Assembly (NCBI RefSeq): GCF_030144855.1
Contig: NC_082730.1
Span: 13,764,001 to 13,828,000, forward strand
DNA: 64,000 bases
Origin: Hypanus sabinus
Taxonomy: Eukaryota
Direction: 5' to 3'
Shown here: in pieces, positions 36,638 to 48,037 of the stretch
Numbering within the stretch: the first letter of the stretch is position 1
How the letters are laid out: every line of letters starts with the position of its first letter
Notes under the pieces: generated by a model
What the model was told of the DNA's origin: nothing
What the model saw: only the letters and a program-made list of their open reading frames with translations
Database searches by the model: none
Made by a program: the position numbers and the translations under genes

Positions 36638-37874
36638 AGGAGATGCACCGATCACTGAACTGATTTCACAACCTATGGACTCACTTTTAAGGACTCAACA
36701 ACTCATGTTCTCAAATAGTACTTATTTATCTATTATTATTAGTATTTTGTTTTTCTTTTGGTATTTTCACAATTGTTTGTCTTTTACTCAGTTGTGTTTG
36801 TCTGTCTTTGTTCATGGGTAGTTTTTATTGATTCTATTGTGTTACTTTGTATTTACTGTGAATGACCAGAAGTAAATGAATGTAAGGATAGTATGTGGTG
36901 ACAAATGCAGTGTGTACTTTAATAATAAAATTAAGTTTCTTTTTTGAGAATGATGCAACAATTTGATCAAAATAACTTTAAAAAATGATTGGGTGCATTT
37001 CCAGCCAATATTCAAAGGTCTTAAAAATGAATGAACAAGGGAATTAAAAGTTGTGCATTGAACAAAATGAATGGTTACAGCTTGATGCAGCTTGCAATGG
37101 TCAGTGGGGTGTGAATCTGTAAACAGAAGTTGCTACTTTTTCCAGAGTTGACATGTAACTGGAACCCGTGGATGTACATTTCACCTCGGAGCTGCTACAT
37201 GAGGGGAGCTGTTTGCAAATGTGAGAATCAACACTGCATGATAACGATGTTATAAATATTAGAAGATTCTCTGCATTTGCATAACAATTTGGTACAGCAT
37301 AAATTTCTTCACATAGTGGATGAGGCAGAGAAGAAATAAGCCCAGATGCTGCATTCACATGAAAGACTGTGGCAGGTCACTGCTACACAAGTTTCAACAT
37401 GGGACAAAACTGCTATCTACACAAAAACTTTGAGCTTGTTTTAATTGTATATCTTTTACTATTGATCAAGATGGCATCATTTTCTTTGATAAATATGATT
37501 TAGAGGATTCACATTTTAAGGCGTCAAGTTTCAGTAACTAACAGACTGTAGTTTCAAGATCAGGCTCCTGAATCAGCATGGATAACTTCACTCTCTCAAC
37601 ACTGAACTGATTACTGCACACAACCTATAGGCTCACTTTCAAGAACTCTACAACTCATGTCCTCTGTATTTATTTATTTGGATATTCAGCACAGAACAGG
37701 CTCTTTCGTCCCAATGAGCAACAACTCCCAGTAACCCACCCATTTAACTCAGCCTAATTCCAGCACAGTCTTTGCTAATTTCATTTGATACAAGAAGTTA
37801 CATTTTGCTATATGTTTCGACATTTTCATGGACATGTGACAAATAAAAAGCAAATCTATCTAGTAAAAGTGAAT

Positions 37875-38050
37875 ATATAAGCAATATTTTCATCCTGTCT
37901 ATATAACCATTTGTTTCCACTGAAAATGAATATTGGTGACCAATATTCCACAGCACCAATACATTGTGTGTGACTGATTTAATGTTGCATAGGAGCAACC
38001 GATTGTGATTGCTTTTCTTACAACTTCTCTTACCCCATCTCTCCAATGAC
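37875..38050 (-). pseudogene. Degenerate, frameshifted 5' half of a further V exon
   Basis: WRDGVREVVRKAITIGCSY..SHTMYWC, frameshift, then GHQYSFSVETNG..DRMKI, compared with WAEDKVRGVVGRAITIDCHY..KYWC..QCSVLVETKG..GRMTI. Confidence 0.75.
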
Positions 38051-38539
38051 ACAACTCCATCATCTTCAGCAAAAGAAAACAGAACGTAGAAGTGTAATTC
38101 TTTAGGATCTGAAGACAATTCAGAAATCGAGCACAGAAGGGTGAGAGGCAACATGATAAAGATGTACAAAATGACCAGAGGCATAGTTGAAGTGGCTTTC
38201 CAAAGTATATCTCAGGGCAGAAATGGCCACAGGTTCAGGAATAGTTAATACCCTTCACTGATTGGAATCCTGAATGGAGGTGGATAACTTCACTCCCCTC
38301 AACTCTGAATTAATTCCACAACCCATGGACTCAGACTCATGTTGAAGGATTTTACAACTCATTTTCAGGATAAAAATAATAGATGAAAAATATTTAATAT
38401 TGTATTTGCACTCTGTCTTCTTTGCACATTGGTTGTTGGTCAGTCTTTTGTTTGGGTGCAAATTTTCATTGATCGTTTTGTATTTCTTTGTTCTACTGTG
38501 AATGCCCAGATGAAAATGAATCTCCAGGCAATATATTGT

Positions 38540-39440
38540 ATTTGCCTTCCCCATCATCGCTGGCAGTGAATTCTAGGCACCCACCACTCCCAGTGTGAAA
38601 AACTTAACCCTGGCACCCCCTCTGTACCTAGTTTCAAGAAGCTTAAAACTATACGCCATTGTGTCAGCTATTTCAGCTGTGGAAAAAAGCTTCTGGCTAT
38701 CCATATTATCAATGCCTCTCGTCACCTCACATCCTCTGTCGCTCCAAGGAGAAAAGGACAAGTTCACTCAATCTATTCTCATAAGGCATACTCTGCAATG
38801 CAGGCAACATCCTTGAAAAGCTTCTCTGCACTCATTATATAGTACCCACATCCTTCCTGTAGTTGGGTGACCAGAATTGAACACAGTACTCCAAGGAGGT
38901 CAATCTAAGGTCTTATATACCTGTAACATTACCTCGTGGCTCTTGCACTCAATTCCACAGTCGACACCATACGCCTTCTTAACAACACTGTCAACCTTCG
39001 CAGCAGTTTTTTGTGATCTCTGGGCATGGAGTCCAAGATCTCTCTGATCCTCTGTACTGCCAAGAGTCTTACCATTAATACCATATTCTGTCTTCAAATT
39101 TGATCTACCAAAATGAACCTTTGTACACTCATCTGGGTTGAACTCCATCTGCCATTTCTTAGCGCAGTTCTGTATTGTATCAATGTCCCGCTGTAACCTC
39201 TGAGAACCCTCCAGACTATCCACAGCACTCCCATTCCTTGTGTTATCAGCAAGTTTACTAGCTCACACTTCCACTTATTCATCCAGTTCATTTATAAAAA
39301 ATCACAAAGAGGAGGGGACTCAAAATAGATCCCTACGGAAACCACTGGTCAGTGACTTCCATGCAGAACACAAAATATCTACAACCACACTTTTCCTTCT
39401 TTAGGCATGCCAATTCTGGATCCGCAAAGCAAGGTCTCCT
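38540..39440 (-). mobile_element. CR1 RT fragment
   Basis: KFADN..SQRLQRDID..WQMEFNPDEC..HFGRSN..DLG. Confidence 0.8.
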
Positions 39441-41366
39441 TGGATCCCACACCTTCTTACTTTCGGAATGAGCTTTGCATGGGGAACCTTACTTATGTCT
39501 TTAATTTATTTTGTATTTGCACCATTTGCCTTCCTTTGCAGATTGGCAGTTTGTCAGTCCTTGTGTGTAGTGTTTCATTGACTCTGTTGTAATTCTTTGA
39601 AGAAATGTAAGGAAATGAATCTCAGGATAGTATTTGGTGACATACATACCTTAATAAAAATTTACCACGATGCTGTTCAACTATAATATGGTGTATGATT
39701 ACTGAACTTTTTGAACACCTTTTGTAGAAATGGAGTGAGAAAATGACAGCATGAACATTTCCACTCCCTGTACAAAAGTCTTAAAGGAGAACAAGTAAGG
39801 GAAATAAAAGCTGGGTGCTGAATATAATGATTGAGCAGCAAATTATTGCTCACCAGTCTATGAATCTTCAATTTGAAAGACATACAACTGAATTAAACTG
39901 AATTATTGGTGTGTGCATAACACTTTTATTCCATGTTGAAACTTCTGGCATATAAAGGTGGCCTTTGGTTTTATTTCTTCTCTCCCTCATCCACTGTATG
40001 AAGAAGTTTATGCAAAAACACGTCATTATCTGATTACAAAGATCTTTTACTATTTTTCACTTTATCATACAGGGTTGATTCTTACATTTGCAAACAACTC
40101 CCTTCATTCAGCAGCTCCCAGGCTAATTGTGCATCCACAGATTACAGTTACATGTCAACTCTGAGAAAAGTAGCACCTTCTATTTGCAGATTCACACCAC
40201 ATTCAACACCCAATGTTTAACTGTTCTTTTGTTGGCCAACAGGAGGAAATCTGCAGATGCTGGAAATTCAAACAACACACACAAAATGCTGATGGCCTGC
40301 ACAACAGGCCAGGCAGCATCTATAAGGAGAAGCACTGTCTCAATTATGGCTGCTTTATTATCCCTCTTTATCTATTCTCCTGCCTTCTCTTTGTATCCTT
40401 TGATGCCCTTATGAATCAAACTCTGCTTTAAATATACTCAATGATTTGGCATCCACAGCTTGCTGTGGCAATGCATTCCACAGATTCACCAGCTTTTGGC
40501 TAAAGAAATTCCCTCTCATCTCTCTGTTCAAGGACATTCTTCAATTCTGAGTCTGTGCCCTCTAGTCCTAGATGCTTGCACTGTAGGAAACCTCCTCTCC
40601 ACACCCACTGGGGTTTTCAATGCTCGATAACTATCCATGAGATCCGCCCTCATTCTTCTAAAAATGAACAAGTACAGGCCCAATGCATTCAAATACTCCT
40701 GATACATTAGAAAAGATTGACTTCACCTGGAATTTAATTTCCAGTTTTGATACACAGTCCAAAGACCTACCAGTTGGTAGGTTAATTGATCACTGTAAAT
40801 TGTCTCATGATTAGGCTAGGGCTAAATCTGGGAATTGCTGAGCGGCAATGCTTGAAGGGCATAATCCACGGTATATCTCACTCAATCAATCAATAAAACA
40901 TAGTTACCTGGATTGGAGTGTATTAGCCATGGACAGAAGTAGGAAAAACTTGGATTCTTTTTGCTGGACTGTAGGAAGCTGAGCGGATTCCTGATAGAAG
41001 TTTATAAAATTATAGAAGTCAGAGATAGGGATGATAATCAGAATCTTTTTTTCCCAGCATTGAAATATCAAATAATAGTGAGCATAGTTTTAAGGTGATC
41101 AGGGGAATGTTTGAAGGACATTTCTGAGACAAGTTTTTTTTTACTCTCAGGGTGGTGACTGTATGGAACATATAGTCAGACCGACTGGTGGAAAGCGATA
41201 TTATCACAATATTTAAGAGGCTTTTGTATGAGGACATGAAAAGTGAGGGATTGAAGGGATATGGACGAATGCAATACAACAGAATCATGGTCAGTGAACC
41301 AAAGAATCTATTCTTGTTCTGTACTGTGTCCCACGTTTTCTCTAATTCCATTGCTCTATTTCTCAC

Positions 41367-41435
41367 CAAGACTGGGCTGGTGTAGAGGCTGGCTGCTGGG
41401 AAGTAGATGGTCAGTGGGTGCTGGGGAGTGGATTC
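41367..41435 (-). CDS. Putative P/S-rich stalk exon, copy 2
   Basis: Polypyrimidine tract plus ccag| acceptor; 69 nt; donor G|GTGAGA; phase 1-1; reads (R)IHSPAPTDHLLPSSQPLHQPSL. Confidence 0.55.
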
Positions 41436-41931
41436 CTGGAGCACATTGACAGAGACAAAGAGAGTCAGCCTGTGGTAGAGGGGGGAGTGACTGATCCATG
41501 AAGCAGGGATGGGTAGTGGAAAAGCCTGCTGTGGGAGAACTGAATGAAGTCTGTTTAGCTCAGGAACTGATTCCCTTTTTATGAATTGCCAGGTATTTAC
41601 ACCATGAGAAACACTTGTTTCTCTTCGACCTATTAACATCAGATTATTAGTTTAAGTCTGAATGCAAATTCTGACAGGGTGAAATTTCATACAGATCAGA
41701 GACAGGAAAACGTGTTGAGCCTGCTACTGGAAATCGGTGTCCCGTCAGTGGATCAGACCCCACACTGAATGAGATCATCATGAGAGGGGATTCCCCATTC
41801 CTAGCCCACAACCCACAGGACTCTGCCCCACTGTGGAGCCTCCGGATATCCGTGTTGCCCTCACTCCGAGCAGGGAAAACATGAATCAGACATTTCAGTG
41901 GAGACATCAATACAATATACGAGAAACCTAC

Positions 41932-42246
41932 TGTTAGAAACGTCTACAACAATGTCAAAGTTTGGATCATTGCCAGATGTTGTAATTCCACATCTGTAAG
42001 CTCCTCCATCTTGAGAGACAAGATTCTCCATAGTAACTGTAAATATTCCCAGGGATGTGTTATCTCTGATTGTCATTCTTCCATGAAGCTCATTTGTCCC
42101 ATTTGCATTCACTGACAATGACGATTGGCGATCCCACATTGGGTACCAGTACTTTGTGTGTGAACGGTACATTGGTACATAGTGACAATTGATTGTGACC
42201 GCTCTTCCCACAACTCCTCTTACTTTATCTTCTGCCCATAAAGCAC
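41932..42246 (-). CDS. Ig V-domain exon A2, CD300/pIgR-like
   Basis: GALWAEDKVRGVVGRAVTINCHY..KYWY..GRMTIRD..DGGAYRCG; 315 nt; phase 1-1; only the proximal AG acceptor is present; donor A|GTAGGT. Confidence 0.9.
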
Positions 42247-45200
42247 CTGAAACAGAGAGAGAAATTCTTCAGAAAATAGACAGATAAAATAAAATTTACA
42301 CAAGCAGATTCAAGGTTGTTTAATCTTATTTCCTGTACACAAGTGTAAAGGAGAACAAAATCATTGTTCCTCTGAATCTGATGAAGGACAATAAAAACCC
42401 AATATAAAGAACAGAATAAAATTCAAGATGTTTTATTTAAAGCTGTCGCTGTGTTCTGAGGAATCTGCGACACTATCAATTGGTATAATTGAATTCCACA
42501 TAGACTGAGAAGACAACAGCATCATCCCTCATCACGTGCTCACAGCTTTTCACAAGTAATGATTTTTATTTGATTGGAGTCATCATTGTCACTGTCCATT
42601 AATGTCTCAGTGTGTTTCCACATTTCTGAGTCAATAGATTACTGATCCAGTCCCATTCCAGACAGGTGAGCCCAAGGTCAGTGGTGGGTGACTTACTGGA
42701 GCAGATTGTGTGAGACAGGATCTACCTGAATTTGAAAAGGTAAGGTGTGATCTGGAATAGTCAACATGATTTTGTGCATGGGAAATCTTCTCTCCAAAAA
42801 TATGACTGAGTTTTTTGATGATGGAAGCAGTCAGATTGTGATAGTGAGGATTTGGTTTTCTGACAACATCAGTCTTTATCACCGGTGGTGTGCCATTGGG
42901 ATCAGTGCTGTTATTTGTAAACCACTGTTATTTGTCATCGATGTGAATAGTTTGTAATGATAATGTAGGTAACATGATTATTAAGGTGTGGATGACACTG
43001 TTGTGCGGTAGACAGTGGAAAGAGTTGTCAAAGTTTACAAAGGGACCTTGAAAATGATCCAGTGTTTAGCTCCATTACTCTGTGCTAGCAATGATCCCCA
43101 GCTGGGCCTGTTCCATCTGCCTGCATTTGACCCGTCTCCCTCTCTTGTCGTTACTACCATCAGGTGGGAGGTGCCAGAGTCCTGGGGCCCACACCACCAG
43201 GTTTGTCAGCACTTGGTGATCTGCAGCTATCGGGTTCCTGGATTGGCTTCACTCATCTCAGTGCTGAACTGACTCCGCAGCTCTTGACTCACTTTCAGGG
43301 ACTCTGCATCTCATGTTCCATGTATTAATTGTTTACATATTTTTATTATTTGCACCATTCATCCTCATTTGCACATTAGATGTTTGTCAGTCTTTGTTGT
43401 GTGTGGTTTGTCGTGGATTCCATTGTGTTACCTTGTTTTGTGGGTTTCTGGAAAAAGATGAACCTCTAGATGGTTTATGGTATACATAGTTTGGTAATAG
43501 ATTTACTTTGAACTGGGAACGTGACCAATGGAACAGGTGATGGAATTGAACTCAGGCATTTTGGGAAATTAAATAAGGACGCAACTTACACTGTAGGGAA
43601 CGAGGCGTGCAAATACATTGGGCCCTGAAAGTGACAACACAGGTGGACAAAGTGTTGAACAAGGAGTATGGCCAACTTGCCTTCTTTGGATGGGGCATTA
43701 AGTACAGTTGGAATGACATGGTACAACTAGAAAGGATGTTGACAAGATCTCAACTTGTCTGCTCTTTGCAGTTCCAGAGGAAGGGTGTGATTCAATTAGA
43801 GAAGGTATAGAAAACATTCACAAAGATGCTACTGGGACTGGAGGGTTTGGGTTATCGATAGGCTGGGGCAGTTTTCCCTGAAGTGAACACAGATGAGGGG
43901 TGACCTGATAAGGGCTTACAAATTAAGAAGGGCAAAGGTATGGCAGATAATCACGGTCTTTATCCCAGGTTAGGGGAGTTGTAAACTAAAGAGCCTTGGG
44001 TTAAGGTGAGAGGGGAAAGTCTTGGAGGGGCGGAGTTTTCCACACAGAGCAGTGTGTACATGGAAAAAGCTGCAAAAGGAAGTGCTGGAGGTGGGAACAC
44101 ATACAACGTTTCAAATAGATTTGGACAAGTTCATGGACAGGAAAGCTTTAGAAGGATACCAATCAATTGTGAGGAAATGGGAGAAGCTCAGGAAGACCCT
44201 GGGGTCAGCATGGACGATTTGGTCCGAAGCACCTGTTTCCTCAACCAATATCTCTATGACTCTGCTGCATCATCTCTAAATTGTAACATACTTTTGAAAT
44301 GTTAAAATCAGAATTCTATTTTATCGCATTGGTGTGACAACTTATTGGATGACAGCCAATTATATTGCTGCTCAATTTCAAAATTCAAAGTACATTTAAT
44401 GTCAAAGTATGAATACTATATACAGCATTCATATTTTCTCTTTACAAGCAGCCGCAAAACAAAACAAAACTATAGAATCCATTAAAAAAGTCAAATGCAC
44501 AATGTGTAGTAAAGAAATAAACCATGCAAAAAATAAAGGTGAGTAAGTAGATTTTGAACTGAAATTCACAAATGTGAGTCCACAGCCATACAGCCAATCA
44601 TCACTGCAGCCAGTGAAGGAGCCGTTAATTACTGTACAGGCCACTGGCTCAGTTCAGCACAGAGACAGGTTAACCTCGTGGAGCAGCAAGCTGAAGACTT
44701 GCCAATCCTTCACATAGGACTGACATTCCCACACAGTTCTGCATGAATTTTGAAAGCTTATTATCCTGTTCACATCCAGGAAATGCAGCAGACTTGTTCA
44801 TATCTGTACATAGACTCAAATTCCCTTCCCATATCTCAAAGTGAGTGAGGTATTTCAATCAGTTGTCTGAAACTCAGTTTCAGTGGTCAATAATTTACTT
44901 CGACTGTTCAAGAAATTCTAAAGCTAGTGATGACCATAAGACACAGGAGCAGAATTAAACCATTTTTCTCGTAGAATCTGCCCCAATATTCCATCATGGC
45001 TGAGTTATTATCCCACTCAATCCCATTCTCCTGATTTCTCCCTGTAACCTCTGATGCCTTTACTAAACATGAAACTATTGTGCTCCATTTTCAATATACC
45101 CAATGATTTGGCCACAAAAGCTGTCTGTGATAAGTAATTCCATACTCTGTGCCCTCTCATGATAATCATTTCAGCCCTGGGAAAGAGCCTCTGTCTATCC

Positions 45201-45414
45201 ACACGATCAATGCCTCTCATCTTATACAACTTTCAGGTCACCTCTCATCCTCTGTTGCTCCAAGGAGAAAAGACCGAGTTCACTCAGCCTATTCTCATAA
45301 GGCATGCTCCCCAATCCAGGCAATATCCTTGTAAATCTTCTCTGCACCCTTTCTATAGTTTCTCATACCTTTCCTGTAGTGAGCTGACCAGAAATGAGCA
45401 TAGTACCCCAAGTA

Positions 45415-45561
45415 AAAGCACAAAATGCTGGCAGAACTCAGCAGGCCAGACAGCATCTATGGGAGGAGGTAGTGATGACGTTTCGGGCCGAAACCAGTTC
45501 TGCCAGCATTTTATGTTTTTATTTATTTTAGCATCTGCAGATTCACTCGTGTTGCCTTTGA
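45415..45561. mobile_element. 147-bp Penelope-derived hairpin insertion with 15-bp TSD
   Basis: TSD ATAGTAC(C/T)CCAAGTA at 45400-45414 and 45562-45576; perfect 17-bp inverted repeat 45422-45438 / 45496-45512; inserted in a CR1 fragment. Confidence 0.75.
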
Positions 45562-46916
45562 ATAGTACTCCAAGTAGGGTCTGAACACGGTCCTATATAG
45601 CTGTAACATTACCAGTTTGCTTGCACCTTCAGAAATGGCTCTATTTCTGTTTTTGATATATGTGATATATGTTTTAATTTCTTATCAAGGTTCTTTTGAA
45701 GACTGTGACTTCGGATATCTGTGGGAATGCGACCCGCTATCAGGGCCTCTCGGCCGGCCTTGATACCCCGAGGACGCGGCCTGGAAGACGAGTGTGCATT
45801 CAGGGTGCTGGATTTTCGTGACTCTGGTGACAGGCTGTTTCTAGGCCGGTGCCCCCGACTGAGGCTTCACTGGAGAACACGGAACATCAGGAGCAGCAGG
45901 TTAGCTGCTGGCTGTGTGTCCTGAGACCTGAGCCCCGGGGCCGACTCTCTGGGCGCAGAGCTCAGAAATAGTGACGCAACAGCCATTTAACATTGTAAAT
46001 CAACGAGTTGTTTGTTGTGTGTCCCCTCTCACTGAGATACGGGGACACCTCCTTTTGCTTATTAGGGAGAGAGAGAGAGACCCTGTAGTAAATTGAATAA
46101 CTGGGTGAACAAGTAGTCTTTGCGGTTCTGCAAGTCTGTGTCTTTATTGATACTTTGCTGTGAGCCCGAGTGCCCGGTGGAGGGTGCTGGTGCTGTTTTT
46201 GCTTGTGTGGGGGAGGGGGTCATTGCCTTGCCACTGCTTGTGTGTAGGAGGGCCGAGCTGGGGGGTGACTTTGGGGTTCTAATGTTTAACTGTCATTCAT
46301 TCTTTGAGCCACCCCTCTGTTTTCATGGATGTTTGCAAAGAAAAAGCTTGTTCTTAATAATAGACTCCAACATCTTCCCAACCACTGATGTCATGCTAAC
46401 TGGTCTATAATTTCCTTTTTTTTGCCTCCCTTCCTGCTTAAAGAGTGGAATGACACCTTCAAATCTCCAGTCCTCCGGAACATTCCAGAATCTAGTTCTT
46501 ATTAAATGTTCACCACTAATGCCTCCACAAAGTCTTTCAGAACGGTGGGGTGCAGTCCATCTGGTCCTGGTAACTATCTACCTGCAGACCTGTCCTTCCT
46601 TTTGCTTTTATGGGTGTCACTGTCTCACAACTAAACACCTACACCAGCCTTTTCAAAGCAGAAGCCAGAAGTATGAAGGGAATGCTGTCAATTTGGATGT
46701 ACAATTCCAACTATGTTTGAGATGCTTCACATCTTCATTGACAAAGTGACAGACTTAACTGTTCATTACACTTCATTTCTACCCCATGGAGGCTGCAATG
46801 TGTAGCTTCTGCAAATTTAAAGAAATTCCTTACCCTCAGGAGAAGTATGAGAGCAGCAGTAACAGAGTTACAAAAATAAATATTTAAATGTTTCCACCCT
46901 TGAAATTAGAACTTAC

Positions 46917-47237
46917 TGGTGCCATTGATTTCTGTCACATAACTGCAGATCTCTCTGTTCTTGAAGACTGTCACTTTAACTATTCCACTGGATCTTGCTC
47001 CAAGCTGATTCGAGGCTCTGCAGTAATATTGATGGTGCTGGTGGTTGAATGATTGACAATGCAGAGCCAGTTCTTTGCTCTCTGAGATCTTTCGATACCC
47101 AGATGAGGTTTGTTCATGCCATGTGTAGTGAATGGGAAGGGATCCCTGGAAGGACTCACAGGAAACTGACACTGAGCCCCCGAGACGTGAGACATTTGCT
47201 GGTGACAGGTATCAAAACACAGGAACAGACACGGGTT
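46917..47237 (-). pseudogene. Ig C2-type exon, copy 2, with premature stop
   Basis: Paralog of 14098-14418 with intact splice sites; CGA>TGA at 47212-47214 (VLRY becomes VF*Y). Confidence 0.9.
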
Positions 47238-48037
47238 CTGTGGGAAACAATTAAACATTCAGACACTGAAAGAACATCTGAAAATCAAACACTCTTCTGC
47301 CACTTTATTAGATACACCTGTTCACCTGCTCATTAATGCAAGTATCTAATTAGTCAATCATGTGGCAGCAATATAGTTCATATAAGGATGCAGACATAGA
47401 CAAGAGGTTCTGTCTTTGTTTATACCAGACATGAGAATGAGGAAGGAAGGTGATCTAAGTGACTTTGACCATGAAATAATTGTTGGGGCCAGATGCTGTT
47501 GTTAGATAATCTCAGAAACTATTGATCTTCTGGGATTTTCACCAACAAAGGTCTCTAGAGTTTAAAGAGAATGGGGTGAACAACATTTAAAAAAATCCAG
47601 TGAGCAGTAATGCATGAGGTACTAAATAAAGCGGCCTCTGCTTGTTTTAAGACAGTAATGTGAGATATTTGTCACATGTGACAAAAATGACAAATGTATC
47701 ACAAATGACCTGACTTGGTCTAACCAAGCAGACTCCACTGCCAAGAAGGCCCACCAGCGCCTTTACTTCATGAGAAAGCTGAGGAAATTTGGCCTGTCTC
47801 CTAAAACCCTCACTAAATTTTATAGATGCACTGTAAAAGCATTCTTGTAGGGTGCATCACAGCCTGGTATGGAAGTTGTCCTGTCCAAGTCCAGAAGAAG
47901 CAGCAGAAGATCGTGAGCATAGCCCAGCACATCATACAAACCAATCTTCCATCGTTGGACTCACTTTACAATGCACACTGTCGGAGCAGAGCTGCCGGGA
48001 TAATCAAGGACACGACCCACCCAGCCAACACATTTTT

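Noticed and set aside
37798-38184. 128-aa ORF as a gene
   Set aside because: A chance frame crossing the V relic and repeat sequence.
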